DNA of 64,000 bases, taken from NCBI GenBank assembly GCA_965206645.1, contig CBDBKE010000004.1:1760001-1824000 (forward strand), in the 5' to 3' direction. The notes beneath the pieces are model-generated. The model searched no databases. It was not told the DNA's origin and worked only from the letters and a program-made list of their open reading frames with translations. The first letter of the stretch is position 1. Every line of letters begins with the position of its first letter. Positions 41,758 through 51,208 of the stretch are shown piece after piece. A program made the position numbers and the translations under genes. This DNA comes from Terriglobia bacterium. GTDB lineage: Bacteria; Acidobacteriota; Terriglobia; JAJPHL01; JAPKYU01.

Positions 41758-42741
41758 TCAGTTTTCATTTCCCACTTTTGAATTCCTCTGAACCCACTCC
41801 AGTGCGCCGTGCTGGGTGGCGGGGTCGTCGCCGAAGGCGGCCAGCCAGTGCACATCGCGCTCGCGGCGGAACCAGGTGATCTGGCGCTTGGCGTAGTGGC
41901 GGGTGCGGAGCTGGGTGCGCTGAATGGCCACCTCTACGGTCAGGCGGCTTTCCACGACCGCCAGCGCTTCCCGATAGCCGACCGACTCGAAGGGCTTGGC
42001 TGTGGCCGGCACGCCGCCGTTCAGCAGAGTGCGCACTTCAGCCACGATGCTTGCGTCACCCTGGCCGGTAAACATGCGTTCGGCGCGCTGGTCAATGCGC
42101 TCGTAGAGAAGCCGGCGCGGCGGGTTCAAGCCGAGTTTCAGCGTGCGAAACCCCTCCAGCCGCCCTTGCCCCTGCGTTTCCCGCTGCGTTTCTCGCCATA
42201 GGGCTGACATCGGCCGTCGCGCCTGCAGGCAGACCTCGATGGCGCGGATCAGCTTGGGCGTGTCGTGGGCATGGATGCGGGCGGCCGACTCCGGGTCCAG
42301 CCGCAGCAGCAGCCGGTGCAGGTAGCCGGCCTTGCGCGTTCGGGCGACCAGGCGAAGCCGGCGGCGCAGGCGCTCGTCGCTCACCGGCGAGGGGAACAGG
42401 CCCTCCAGCAAAGCGTGCAGGTAGAAGCCGGCGCCGCCCACCAGGATCGGCAGGTGCCCGCGGGCCCGAATCTGCTCCAGCACCGCGCGCGCCCGCCGGG
42501 CGTACTTGCCGGCGGTGCACACCTCATTCGGCTCCAGAATGTCGATCAGGTGATGCGGCACCCCGCGCCGCTCCACCGGCGCCAGCTTGGCCGTGCCCAC
42601 GTCAAAGTGACGGTAGAGCTGGAGGGAATCGCAGTTGACAATCTCGCCGTCCAGTTCCTCGGCGAGAAACAAGGCCAGTGCCGACTTGCCGGAGGCCGTC
42701 GGCCCAACGATCGACAGCAGAGGCGCCAGCAGGGGAAGCAA
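41758..42741 (-). CDS. miaA: tRNA dimethylallyltransferase
   Basis: GPTASGKS, DSLQLY, VGTAK, PHHLID and TRHYAKRQITWFR motifs; TTG start at 42741 inferred. Confidence 0.93.
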   Translation of the reverse strand: MLPLLAPLLSIVGPTASGKSALALFLAEELDGEIVNCDSLQLYRHFDVGTAKLAPVERRGVPHHLIDILEPNEVCTAGKYARRARAVLEQIRARGHLPILVGGAGFYLHALLEGLFPSPVSDERLRRRLRLVARTRKAGYLHRLLLRLDPESAARIHAHDTPKLIRAIEVCLQARRPMSALWRETQRETQGQGRLEGFRTLKLGLNPPRRLLYERIDQRAERMFTGQGDASIVAEVRTLLNGGVPATAKPFESVGYREALAVVESRLTVEVAIQRTQLRTRHYAKRQITWFRRERDVHWLAAFGDDPATQHGALEWVQRNSKVGNEN

Positions 42742-42746
42742 GGGCG

Positions 42747-42848
42747 CTACCAGGAGAAAAGTTCGCGCAAATAGCGCGTCCACATCAGCAGGACCAGCAG
42801 GAAAAACACCAGCACCACGCCCACGGCCTGCGAGCGCGCCAGTTTCAT
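42747..42848 (-). CDS. Small (33 aa) single-TM membrane protein, not in the ORF track
   Basis: MKLARSQAVGVVLVFFLLVLLMWTRYLRELFSW*; its ATG overlaps the TGA of the displaced tonB 3' end; GC-rich third codon positions. Confidence 0.6.
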   Translation of the reverse strand: MKLARSQAVGVVLVFFLLVLLMWTRYLRELFSW

Positions 42849-42849
42849 T

Positions 42850-44065
42850 GTTCGTAGAACGTATTGTACAGTTCGGGGACCCCCAGTGAGAAGGGATGAC
42901 AAGGAGTGACCCTAAGTAATACGCCACGCCGGGGATGATGCCATTTCGCCGGTCAGATACATGAGACCGACGCGCACCGAGTAACAAGCAGTTATGGGGT
43001 CAGTGTCAGGGTTGCGCGTAGGAGTCGTAGTTCAGCACGAAGCTCAGAAAGTCAGAGACTTCAATCATGTCTTGTCCGTGGAAGCGGATGGAGTGGGAAT
43101 CGGTCCGCTCGATCAATCGGAGGTAGGCGAGGACCTCCACTGGGCGGTAGTGTTTGAAGCTGACGTCGAATGTCACGGGTGTCTCAACTCTGTAAGGTTT
43201 GAAATCCCCCAGCCGCCCCAGCGCAGTTTTGGCTTTCTGCCTAATCAACTCATAGGAAGCTTCCGGCGTCAATGTCTCGGCTGAATGGAAGCCGAGGTTC
43301 TTCTTAACCACAGCACCTTCGATGTCACCCACCAACGACTGAACTTCTGCGACGGCGGCATCGTCGCCGGACACCATGACCACCGGGACGCCGAAGTGTC
43401 CTGCGATAGCGGCGTTGAAGGCACCTTCGGTAACCGGCGTGCCGTTGAGTTTGACACTGGTCAGCCGCGCACTCGAAAAGGTGTGAGCGCGCACACCGGT
43501 AGGATTGTTTGTAGAAGCGTGGTACCCGATTAGGAAGATGGCGTCGAAGGTTTCGTCGATCCCCGCCACCTGCCCCTGCCGCCGCGGGTAGGAGCGGATG
43601 ATGTGGACGTCTTTGGGGAACATTTCGATCAAGAGGCTTTCGCCGTTGCCATGCGAGTCACTGACTAGGATCTCGGTGGCGCCGGCTTCTTTGGCCGCTT
43701 CGACGACGGCCAATGCTTCGCGGGTCATGAATTCCCGAAAACGACCATATTCAAACCCGCTAGGACCCAACTGATCGCCGGTAACCGTTCCGACCGTTCC
43801 TTCCATGTCTACCGAGATGTAAACCTTCAGCTTCTCAGCTGGCTGCGTTTCCGCTCCCAGAGCCATCAATCCACCTAGGAAGGCCAGCAGACAAACATGA
43901 CGAGTTCTCACGGGGATCCTCCTCCCTCCATCATTTCCGTATGAGTTGTCGGTTTCTCAGTTCGAACTGTATCAACGGCGCTTTGGCGTGGCCTTCCATC
44001 AAGCTATTTTATTGGAAAGAAGTCTCAATAAGACCGCGTTATCGTTCGTAGAACGTATTGTACAG
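42850..44065. mobile_element. 1.2-kb insertion bounded by 22-bp direct repeats
   Basis: GTTCGTAGAACGTATTGTACAG at 42850-42871 and 44044-44065; the repeat encodes the tonB C-terminus LYNTFYE. Confidence 0.7.
43006..43911 (-). CDS. M55 family D-aminopeptidase (DppA-like) with signal peptide
   Basis: KVYISVDMEG, VSDSHG, IGYHA, RAHT, VSGDD and AVVKK motifs; strong GGAGG RBS. Confidence 0.9.
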   Translation of the reverse strand: MRTRHVCLLAFLGGLMALGAETQPAEKLKVYISVDMEGTVGTVTGDQLGPSGFEYGRFREFMTREALAVVEAAKEAGATEILVSDSHGNGESLLIEMFPKDVHIIRSYPRRQGQVAGIDETFDAIFLIGYHASTNNPTGVRAHTFSSARLTSVKLNGTPVTEGAFNAAIAGHFGVPVVMVSGDDAAVAEVQSLVGDIEGAVVKKNLGFHSAETLTPEASYELIRQKAKTALGRLGDFKPYRVETPVTFDVSFKHYRPVEVLAYLRLIERTDSHSIRFHGQDMIEVSDFLSFVLNYDSYAQP

Positions 44066-45043
44066 GAAGGTGACCCGGATGCGGACGAAGGGGCCACTGA
44101 ACTCCGCGGGCAACGGGGGAAACGGCGCCGAAGCGCTGATGCCGGCCAGGGCGGCCCGGTCGAGAGGCTCGGAACCGGACGTGGAAACCAGATAGAGCTT
44201 GGGCACCTCACCGTCGCGCAGAATCTCGAAGATCAGCGTCACTTGCCCACGCTTGCCCAGCCGCGCAATCTCCGGCATCACCGCATACCAGTTCTGACGA
44301 ATATCCATGACGACGCGGCGCAGGTAGGGGTCAAAGTCCACGCCCAGCGTGTCGGTCAAGATGCGGGCGTTGCCGACGGCGCCGGGCCCGCGCGGCTTGA
44401 AGCCGCCGGGCGGGCGGGCGCTACCCAAGTTGTCCAAGTCGCTCAGCGACGGGCCGCCGCCGCGATTGCGGGCCGTTTTCCGAACGGTTTCTTCCAACGC
44501 GCGGCCGGGGCTGGGCTGGGTGGGCAAGGTTAGCTTGGGCCGCTGGCTGCTTAAGTCCTCCAGCCGCAGCCCGGGCGGAGTAGGCTGGCCCGCCCGAGAT
44601 TTGGGTGACTGCTGCCCCGCGTTGCCCGGTGGTAACCGGGGTGGCTCCTGAGCCTTGGCCAGCAGCTCTTCTTCACCCTTCTTTTCCGCAGGTGGAGTGG
44701 GCTCGGCAGGGGGAGCCAACCTAGGCAGCGGTGGCAATTTGAGATCGGGTTGCGCCCGGGGGTCCTTGTCCGAAAGTACGTTGGTCTTGGGCTTGGTCTG
44801 GACCAGCAGGTCGTCGGGCGGCAGCGCCAGGTAGGTCAACTGTTCACGCGGCCTAGGATTGTCCTCCTCGATCCCCAGCGTCTCTCTCACCGACTCGGAA
44901 AGCAGTGGCGACACCAGAAGCACAACCAGGGCCACCAGGTGTGCGCTCACTGAAAGAAGCACCGACTCCCGCCGGCGGGCGCGCGCGGCATCGTCCTCAA
45001 GCTCCAGCAACAGGTTCAGTTGCGGTTCGGGATCCATGCCCAA
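44039..45043 (-). CDS. TonB/TolA-family energy transducer protein
   Basis: N-terminal TM with S..H (SVSAH), Pro-rich linker and TonB_C-like domain (FEILRDG...SGSEPLDRAA...PFPPLP). Confidence 0.85.
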   Translation of the reverse strand: MGMDPEPQLNLLLELEDDAARARRRESVLLSVSAHLVALVVLLVSPLLSESVRETLGIEEDNPRPREQLTYLALPPDDLLVQTKPKTNVLSDKDPRAQPDLKLPPLPRLAPPAEPTPPAEKKGEEELLAKAQEPPRLPPGNAGQQSPKSRAGQPTPPGLRLEDLSSQRPKLTLPTQPSPGRALEETVRKTARNRGGGPSLSDLDNLGSARPPGGFKPRGPGAVGNARILTDTLGVDFDPYLRRVVMDIRQNWYAVMPEIARLGKRGQVTLIFEILRDGEVPKLYLVSTSGSEPLDRAALAGISASAPFPPLPAEFSGPFVRIRVTFLYNTFYER

Positions 45044-45115
45044 GCTTCATGAGTGACGAGGCAAGCATAGATTCACTCATCACTCTCCCTTCACTGTGCC
45101 GGCTTCACTGCGGCT

Positions 45116-46105
45116 TCAATGCGCCGCACTCTTCACTCCGAAGAGACGGCGGTTGTGCTGCTCGACGGCCTCCACGATCTGCAAGGCCACTTGCAGGACG
45201 CGACGCCCCTCCTCACCGCCCACCGCTGGTGGCCGGCGCGTCCGGACGCATTCCAAAAAGTGCCGCAACTGCGCGTGCAGAGGTTCTTCCCGGGGAGCGC
45301 TTCCCGCTTCTTCCATCAGGAGCCGCCGGCTGATCCCGGTTTCTCGGGAGTCACCACCAGTGGCCGGCCCCACGGAGAAAACCACCAGGTCTTGGCGCGT
45401 GTAGTCCAGCGACACGTATTGAGCCGGCTGGAAAAACCGGAGCTTGCGGACGCGTTCCGTGCTCACACGGCTGGCCGTGAAATTGGCTACACATCCATTG
45501 TCAAACGATAGACGGACGTTCGCAATGTCAATCTTGGGCGAGAGGATGGCGAGGCCGGCAGCGCGCACTTCTTCGATGCCCGCGCTGCAGAGTGCCAGCA
45601 CGATGTCCAGGTCGTGGATCATCAGGTCCAGCACGACGTCCACATCCAGGCTGCGCGGAGTAAAGACGCTCAGCCGGTGCACTTCAAAGAACAGCGGCCG
45701 GGTGACGATGCGCTGCGCGGTGACCACCGCCGGATTAAAGCGCTCCAGGTGGCCCACCTGCAGCAACCGACCCGAGGCGCGCGCGGCGGCAATCAGCCGG
45801 TCGGCTTCGGGGACTGAAGGCGCGATGGGCTTTTCCACCAGCACGTCCAGCCCCCGATCCAGCAGCCAGCAACCTACCTCGGCGTGCTGGGCTGTGGGCA
45901 CGGCCAGACTGGCAGCGCGGGCGGCGCCGGCCGCCTCCTCTAGGGAAGAGAAGACGCGACAGCCGAATTCTTGCGCCACTGCCCGAGCCCGCGCGGCGTC
46001 GGCGTCGAAGACGCCGACCAGTTCGGCCTCCGGCAGCTTCCGGTAGACGCGCGCATGCTGCCGGCCAAAGGTCCCGGCACCGATAATGGCCACGGGAATC
46101 GTCAT
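45116..46105 (-). CDS. Gfo/Idh/MocA oxidoreductase (GnnA-like)
   Basis: GAGTFG, VEKP, GHLERFNPA and DLMIHDLD motifs; located in the lipid A operon. Confidence 0.88.
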   Translation of the reverse strand: MTIPVAIIGAGTFGRQHARVYRKLPEAELVGVFDADAARARAVAQEFGCRVFSSLEEAAGAARAASLAVPTAQHAEVGCWLLDRGLDVLVEKPIAPSVPEADRLIAAARASGRLLQVGHLERFNPAVVTAQRIVTRPLFFEVHRLSVFTPRSLDVDVVLDLMIHDLDIVLALCSAGIEEVRAAGLAILSPKIDIANVRLSFDNGCVANFTASRVSTERVRKLRFFQPAQYVSLDYTRQDLVVFSVGPATGGDSRETGISRRLLMEEAGSAPREEPLHAQLRHFLECVRTRRPPAVGGEEGRRVLQVALQIVEAVEQHNRRLFGVKSAAH

Positions 46106-46992
46106 GGCGTTTGTGATTGGGCGGCTTCGCCCGCAACGCTTCCCTCGCCCCCCTCGCCTAGTGTCCCCACAATGGCCACTTCAGCCTCCTCGGCCAGCCG
46201 AAGCAGCTCCTGCCGGTCCAACAGAAGAGTCTTGCCGGCCTCCACCGAAAGGGCGGTGGCATGGGCCTGCTGCATGGTACGAATCGTGGCAGGCCCGATG
46301 ACCGGTACGTCGAAGCGCAGGTCCTGCGCCGGCTTGGCCACCTTGACCACGGTTAGTGGGCGCCCACGGCTCAGCGAGGCCGCCCGAAGGACGGTGGCAT
46401 CGGTCCCCTCCATGGCTTCCACCGCGACGCAGGCGCGCTCGGCCACCACCACCGTTTGGCCGATGTCAAGCCGGGCCAGCGGCCTCGCCACCTGGAGCCC
46501 GTATTCAATATTGGAACACTCCTCGGCATCCGGGGCCCGGCGGCTCAGCACGCCGGCGCCGGCCAGCAACGGCTTCAGGAACGTGGTGGAGTCCAGCAAC
46601 GCAATTCCTTCCTCGGCCAGCGCTCCGGCCACGGCACCCAGCAGCGAGTCGGTGTTCTTCTTTGAGAGCGACCCCAGCAGTTTCAGCAGCCGCCAGTCCG
46701 GCCGGATGGAGGAGAAGATTTGTGCGTGCTTCACCTGGCCGGCCATGACGGCGTGAGTAATGCCCTGGCTCTTGAGCAGGTCAATGAGCCGGGAAAGCTC
46801 GCCCAGACCGATCCAGTGAAAGCCGGCGGCCAGCCGTTCCAGCTCCGGGTCGGCCTCTTGGCGAATGGCGGCCACCAGCATGGGCCGGCCGTTGGTGCGG
46901 GCCGCTTCCAGCACCAGGAAGGGGAAGCGCCCGTTGCCGGCGATCAGCGCGTAGCGCCCCTCCGACAATTTACTCATCGGAGATTGATTCAC
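46102..46992 (-). CDS. lpxI: UDP-2,3-diacylglucosamine pyrophosphatase LpxI
   Basis: LIAGNGRFP, DIGQTVVV, VEAMEGTD and QDLRFDVPVIG motifs; follows lpxA. Confidence 0.92.
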   Translation of the reverse strand: MNQSPMSKLSEGRYALIAGNGRFPFLVLEAARTNGRPMLVAAIRQEADPELERLAAGFHWIGLGELSRLIDLLKSQGITHAVMAGQVKHAQIFSSIRPDWRLLKLLGSLSKKNTDSLLGAVAGALAEEGIALLDSTTFLKPLLAGAGVLSRRAPDAEECSNIEYGLQVARPLARLDIGQTVVVAERACVAVEAMEGTDATVLRAASLSRGRPLTVVKVAKPAQDLRFDVPVIGPATIRTMQQAHATALSVEAGKTLLLDRQELLRLAEEAEVAIVGTLGEGGEGSVAGEAAQSQTP

Positions 46993-47759
46993 TTGATGAC
47001 GCCGCGTTCGGAGCTGGTGATGAAGCTCACCAGCGCCTCCAGGTCTTCATTCATCCCGTCGGCCCGGATGCGTTCCAGTGCCTGGCTGGTATTCAGTTTC
47101 GAGGAGGTCAGCAGCCGGAGGGCGTGATGCAGGCGCTGGATGCGCTCGCCGCTGAAGCCGTGCCGCTCCAGGCCCACCTTGTTTACTCCAAAGGTCTTCA
47201 CTTCGCGTTCGGCCACGGTTTTCGAGAAGGGCAGAACGTCCTTGGTGATGACGCTGTAGCCGCCGACAATTGAGTGGCGTCCAACCCGGCAGTGTTGGTG
47301 GATGCCGCTGAACGCCCCGACAAACGCGCAGTCCTCAATCACCACGTGCCCGGCCATGGTCATTCCGTGGCCCAGGATCGCCCGGTTGCCGATTTGGCAA
47401 TCGTGGGCGACGTGGGAGTAGGCCTGCAGCAGGCAGCCATCCCCGATCTTGGTCAGGGCGCCGCCCCCTTCCGTTCCCCGGTGCACGGTGACAAACTCGC
47501 GGAAGATATTGTCGCTGCCGATTACTGTCTCACTGCGCTCGCCCTTGAACTTCAGGTCCTGCGGTTCGACCCCAATCGTGCTGTAGGGGAAGAAGCGGTT
47601 GCGCTGGCCGATGAGGATCGGCCCGGCCACGAAGACGTGCGCCAGCAGCTCACATCCGGCGCCAATCTCCGCCTCCGCCTCGACGACGCAGTAGGGGCCC
47701 ACCGAGGCATTGGGGTCCACACGCGCCGAAGGGTGGATGATGGCCGTGGGGTGGATCAT
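46989..47759 (-). CDS. lpxA: Acyl-ACP--UDP-N-acetylglucosamine O-acyltransferase
   Basis: IHPTAII hexapeptide repeats, PQDLKF, REFVTVHRGT and HVAHDC motifs. Confidence 0.96.
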   Translation of the reverse strand: MIHPTAIIHPSARVDPNASVGPYCVVEAEAEIGAGCELLAHVFVAGPILIGQRNRFFPYSTIGVEPQDLKFKGERSETVIGSDNIFREFVTVHRGTEGGGALTKIGDGCLLQAYSHVAHDCQIGNRAILGHGMTMAGHVVIEDCAFVGAFSGIHQHCRVGRHSIVGGYSVITKDVLPFSKTVAEREVKTFGVNKVGLERHGFSGERIQRLHHALRLLTSSKLNTSQALERIRADGMNEDLEALVSFITSSERGVIK

Positions 47760-47767
47760 CGAGACTG

Positions 47768-48238
47768 TCAGGGGCGGGAGGCCGGCTTCTGCACCGTTTC
47801 GCGATCAGCGATGATGCACATGATGATTGCCTCAGCCACCAGCTTGCCGTCCACTGTGGCACGGGCGCGCATCTTGCAGACCGTGTTGCGCAGCGCCAGC
47901 ACCTCCAGCTCCAACCGTAACTGGTCGCCGGGCAGGACCGGGCGGCGGAACTTGGCCTCCTCGATGGCAGTGAACAGGACCAGCTTGCGGTCGCGATCGG
48001 GAACGTCGCGCAGCAGCAGCACCCCGCCGGTCTGCGCCATCGCCTCCACGATCAGCACCCCGGGCATGATCGGGTAGCCGGGGAAATGGCCGGCGAACCA
48101 GGGTTCGGTGATGGTGACGTTTTTCAAGCCGACGATCCGCTTCTGCGGCTCCAGCTCCAAGATCGAGTCCACCAGCAGAAACGGATAACGGTGCGGCAGC
48201 ACCTTCTGAATTTCGTTGATGTCCAGGCTCAGAGGCAT
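47768..48238 (-). CDS. fabZ: 3-hydroxyacyl-ACP dehydratase
   Basis: LPHRYPFLLVD and GHFPGYPIMPGVLIVEAMAQ motifs. Confidence 0.96.
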   Translation of the reverse strand: MPLSLDINEIQKVLPHRYPFLLVDSILELEPQKRIVGLKNVTITEPWFAGHFPGYPIMPGVLIVEAMAQTGGVLLLRDVPDRDRKLVLFTAIEEAKFRRPVLPGDQLRLELEVLALRNTVCKMRARATVDGKLVAEAIIMCIIADRETVQKPASRP

Positions 48239-48321
48239 GGCGAGCGCCAGTGCTATACTCCCACCGGCCGCACGGGGCGGGCGGCAGATTGGGCAGCGAT
48301 CCCAGGATAAGCCGAAAGTAT

Positions 48322-49476
48322 ATGCCAACCGATCCCATCCTACAATTCATCCGCGAGCGCCGCCGGGAGATGCTGGGCACCCTGCGGCAGATGGTGGAGT
48401 GCGAATCGCCAAGCCTGGACAAGGCGGCCGTGGACCGCTGCGGCGCCTTGGTCGCCGGCCACCTGGAGCGCCTGGGAGCGCGCCTGACCCGCCATCGCAG
48501 CGCCGATTTTGGCGATCACCTGCAGGCCGATTTCGCTTTGCCCGAGGGCGCCCGGCGGACCGCCGGGCGCTTGTTGGTGCTGGGTCACATCGATACAGTG
48601 TGGGAGCTGGGCACGCTGCGGCGCATGCCGTTCCGCGTGCGCAACGGGCACGCCTGCGGCCCGGGCATCCTGGACATGAAGTCAGGCATCACAGCGGCGA
48701 TGTTCGCCCTGACCGCCCTGCGGCGCCTGCGAACTCCGGTGCGGAAACGCGTGACCTTGCTACTGACCAGCGACGAGGAGGTGGGTAGCCGCTCCTCGCG
48801 CCCCATCATCGAGAGGCTGGCCCGCGGTTGCGATGCCGCGCTGGTGGTGGAACCGGCTAGCGGTCCTCGCGGCGCGCTGAAGACGGCCCGCAAGGGAGTG
48901 GGTGAATACCGGCTGGTAGTGCATGGCCGCGCCACCCACGCCGGGCTGGATTTCGCCGGGGGCGCCAGCGCCACAGTGGAGCTGGCCCGGCAACTGGTGC
49001 GCGTCGCGCGCTTCAGCCGGCCGCGGCGCGGCATCACCGTGAACGTCGGCGTCATCGGTGGTGGCACCCGCAGCAACGTGGTGGCCGAGCGCGCGTGGGC
49101 GCACATTGACGTGCGCCTGGTGCGCCTGGCCGATCAACGCTACCTGGAAAAACAATTCGGCTCTCTGCGCCCCTTCAATACGAAGACGCGGCTGGAAGTA
49201 GAGGGCGGCCTGAACCGCCCGCCCATGGAACGCACCAGTGCCATCGCTGCATTGTTTCGCCGGGCGCGACAACTGGCCCGGCCCCTCGGGATGGAGCTCG
49301 AGGAGTCCAGCGTCGGCGGGGGCTCCGACGGTAATTTTACCGCCGCCCTCGGCGTGCCAACGCTGGATGGGTTAGGCGGCGTCGGCCAGGGAGCGCACGC
49401 CCTGGATGAAAATATCGTGGTGGAGGAGTTGCCTCGCCGCGCCGCCCTGCTGGCCCACCTACTCGCCGCTTTGTAA
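48322..49476 (+). CDS. M20 metallopeptidase (carboxypeptidase G2-like)
   Basis: GHIDTV, GILDMKSG, SDEEVGS, GGGSDGN and GAHALDE motifs. Confidence 0.9.
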   Translation: MPTDPILQFIRERRREMLGTLRQMVECESPSLDKAAVDRCGALVAGHLERLGARLTRHRSADFGDHLQADFALPEGARRTAGRLLVLGHIDTVWELGTLRRMPFRVRNGHACGPGILDMKSGITAAMFALTALRRLRTPVRKRVTLLLTSDEEVGSRSSRPIIERLARGCDAALVVEPASGPRGALKTARKGVGEYRLVVHGRATHAGLDFAGGASATVELARQLVRVARFSRPRRGITVNVGVIGGGTRSNVVAERAWAHIDVRLVRLADQRYLEKQFGSLRPFNTKTRLEVEGGLNRPPMERTSAIAALFRRARQLARPLGMELEESSVGGGSDGNFTAALGVPTLDGLGGVGQGAHALDENIVVEELPRRAALLAHLLAAL

Positions 49477-50036
49477 GGCAACGGCGTCTCCTCCCGGCCG
49501 AGGCCGGGCAAGCGCGGCGTTAGTCGGAGACGACTGGTCGCGCTCCCCAGTTCGCGATGAACCACAGAATATAAAAGGATATCAAGACGCTCAGTGGAAT
49601 TGCCGCAAGGCACAATACTATGATTTTCCGTTTAGTATCTGGCCACGTCCGGATACCCCGTGAAACAAGCTGGAATAGAGCAATTGCTACTATGCATGAG
49701 AAGAGGAGGATTCTGTGAGTAAGCCAGGGTTCAAGATATGTGCTCCATACTTTAAATACTAGTCCCACACTCACAGAAATTGACAACAGTGCAACAAAAA
49801 AGACTTCAGCAGAATGAGCTGCTCTGCTCTTTTTCTCCACAACACGATCTCTGACGCTTTGCCCGATTGCCTTTGCGGCCAATTTGAAAGGGACGGTCTC
49901 TTCCAGGTTAGTTCTCCGGAATCCCCCTCGGGACTCGGGGGAAAACCAAATGTGATTGGCGCGAAACGGAACATCCTTCAGTTTGAAAACAATAACTTGT
50001 CCTGCAAAGTATCTAGGGCATTTGACCTGCCCCCGG

Positions 50037-50942
50037 TTATTGGTCCACCTTCCATGGTAGTCCATACGCCGTTGCAGCCGGGTGGAGCGGAGCGGAACCC
50101 GGCGGTAACGGCAGGATCACTTCCGGGGCTGGCGGCCGGTAGCCCAACGCGCTGTGCGGGCGAACTCTGTTATACTCCCGCCGCCATCCCTCAATCAACA
50201 CCTTCGCTTCCCGCAAGGTGTAAAAGATCTCTCCATTCAGAAACTCGTCTCGAAACTTCCCGTTAAACGATTCCACATACCCGTTTTCCCAGGGGCTCGC
50301 AGGCTCGATGAACAGGGTTTTCACCCCGACCCGTTCCAGCCAGTCCCGTACCAACCGAGCGGTGAACTCGGACCCATTATCCGAGCGAAGGTAATCGGGA
50401 ACTCCCCGCTCCACAAACAAGGCTGCTAGCCGTTCCAAAACACTCATCGAATCGGCTCGCCGTTCTACGTCGATCGCCAAACACTCTCGCGTGTATTCAT
50501 CCACCACCGTCAAGATCTTCAGTGGACGACCATCGTGGGTTCGATCTGCCACAAAATCGTACGCCCAGACATGATCCTGCCAGCACGGTCTTAACCGAAG
50601 GCACGACCCATCGTTCAACCACAGCCGGCCTCTGCGGGGCTGTTTCTTCGGCACTTTCAGTCCCTCCTGCCGCCAGATTCTCTCTACCCGCTTGTGGTTC
50701 ACCCGCCACCCCTCCCGGCGCAACAGCGCCGTGATCCGCCGATAGCCATAACGGCCGTACTCGCCGGCTAACTGCAGCGTCCGAGTTGCCAGGCTCGGTT
50801 CATCCTGTGGCGCCAAGGTTCGATGCCGTTGCGTGGATCGATTCTGTCCTACCACCCGACACGCCCGCCGCTCCGACACCCCCATGGCTTGGCAGACATG
50901 CTTCACTGCCTGCCGCCGTCGGGGCGGGCTCAGAAGTTTCCC
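50037..50942 (-). CDS. IS3 transposase OrfB (DDE), joined to OrfA by a -1 frameshift
   Basis: YGYRRI, WAYDF, VVDEYTRE, RSDNGSEF, PWENGYVESFN and RPHSALGY motifs. Confidence 0.92.
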   Translation of the reverse strand, partial: GKLLSPPRRRQAVKHVCQAMGVSERRACRVVGQNRSTQRHRTLAPQDEPSLATRTLQLAGEYGRYGYRRITALLRREGWRVNHKRVERIWRQEGLKVPKKQPRRGRLWLNDGSCLRLRPCWQDHVWAYDFVADRTHDGRPLKILTVVDEYTRECLAIDVERRADSMSVLERLAALFVERGVPDYLRSDNGSEFTARLVRDWLERVGVKTLFIEPASPWENGYVESFNGKFRDEFLNGEIFYTLREAKVLIEGWRREYNRVRPHSALGYRPPAPEVILPLPPGSAPLHPAATAYGLPWKVDQ

Positions 50943-51208
50943 GAGGATGTCTCCTTCAGAATCGCAAGGTCCAACGCCTGATCTGCTACCAACTTCTTCA
51001 GTCGGCCATTCTCCCCTTCCAGTTCCTTCAGACGCCTCACCTGATCCACTCGTAAGCTCCCGTACTCCTTCCGCCATCGGTAATAGGTCTGCTCCGTAAT
51101 TCCCAACTTCCGACAGACCCCTCCCGTTGTCTGGCCCTTGGCCAGCTCCACTTCCGCCTCTCGTAGATGTCGGATGATCTGTTCGGCTGGATATCGCTTC
51201 TTCGGCAT
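50930..51208 (-). CDS. IS3 transposase OrfA
   Basis: HTH sequence GITEQTYYRWRKEYG followed by a leucine zipper; ends at the GGGAAAC slippery site (50942-50936). Confidence 0.92.
   Translation of the reverse strand: MPKKRYPAEQIIRHLREAEVELAKGQTTGGVCRKLGITEQTYYRWRKEYGSLRVDQVRRLKELEGENGRLKKLVADQALDLAILKETSSGNF

Noticed and set aside
42742-42987. Long N-terminal extension of miaA in the ORF track
   Set aside because: It crosses the direct-repeat junction and the small membrane ORF; MiaA homology starts near 42741.
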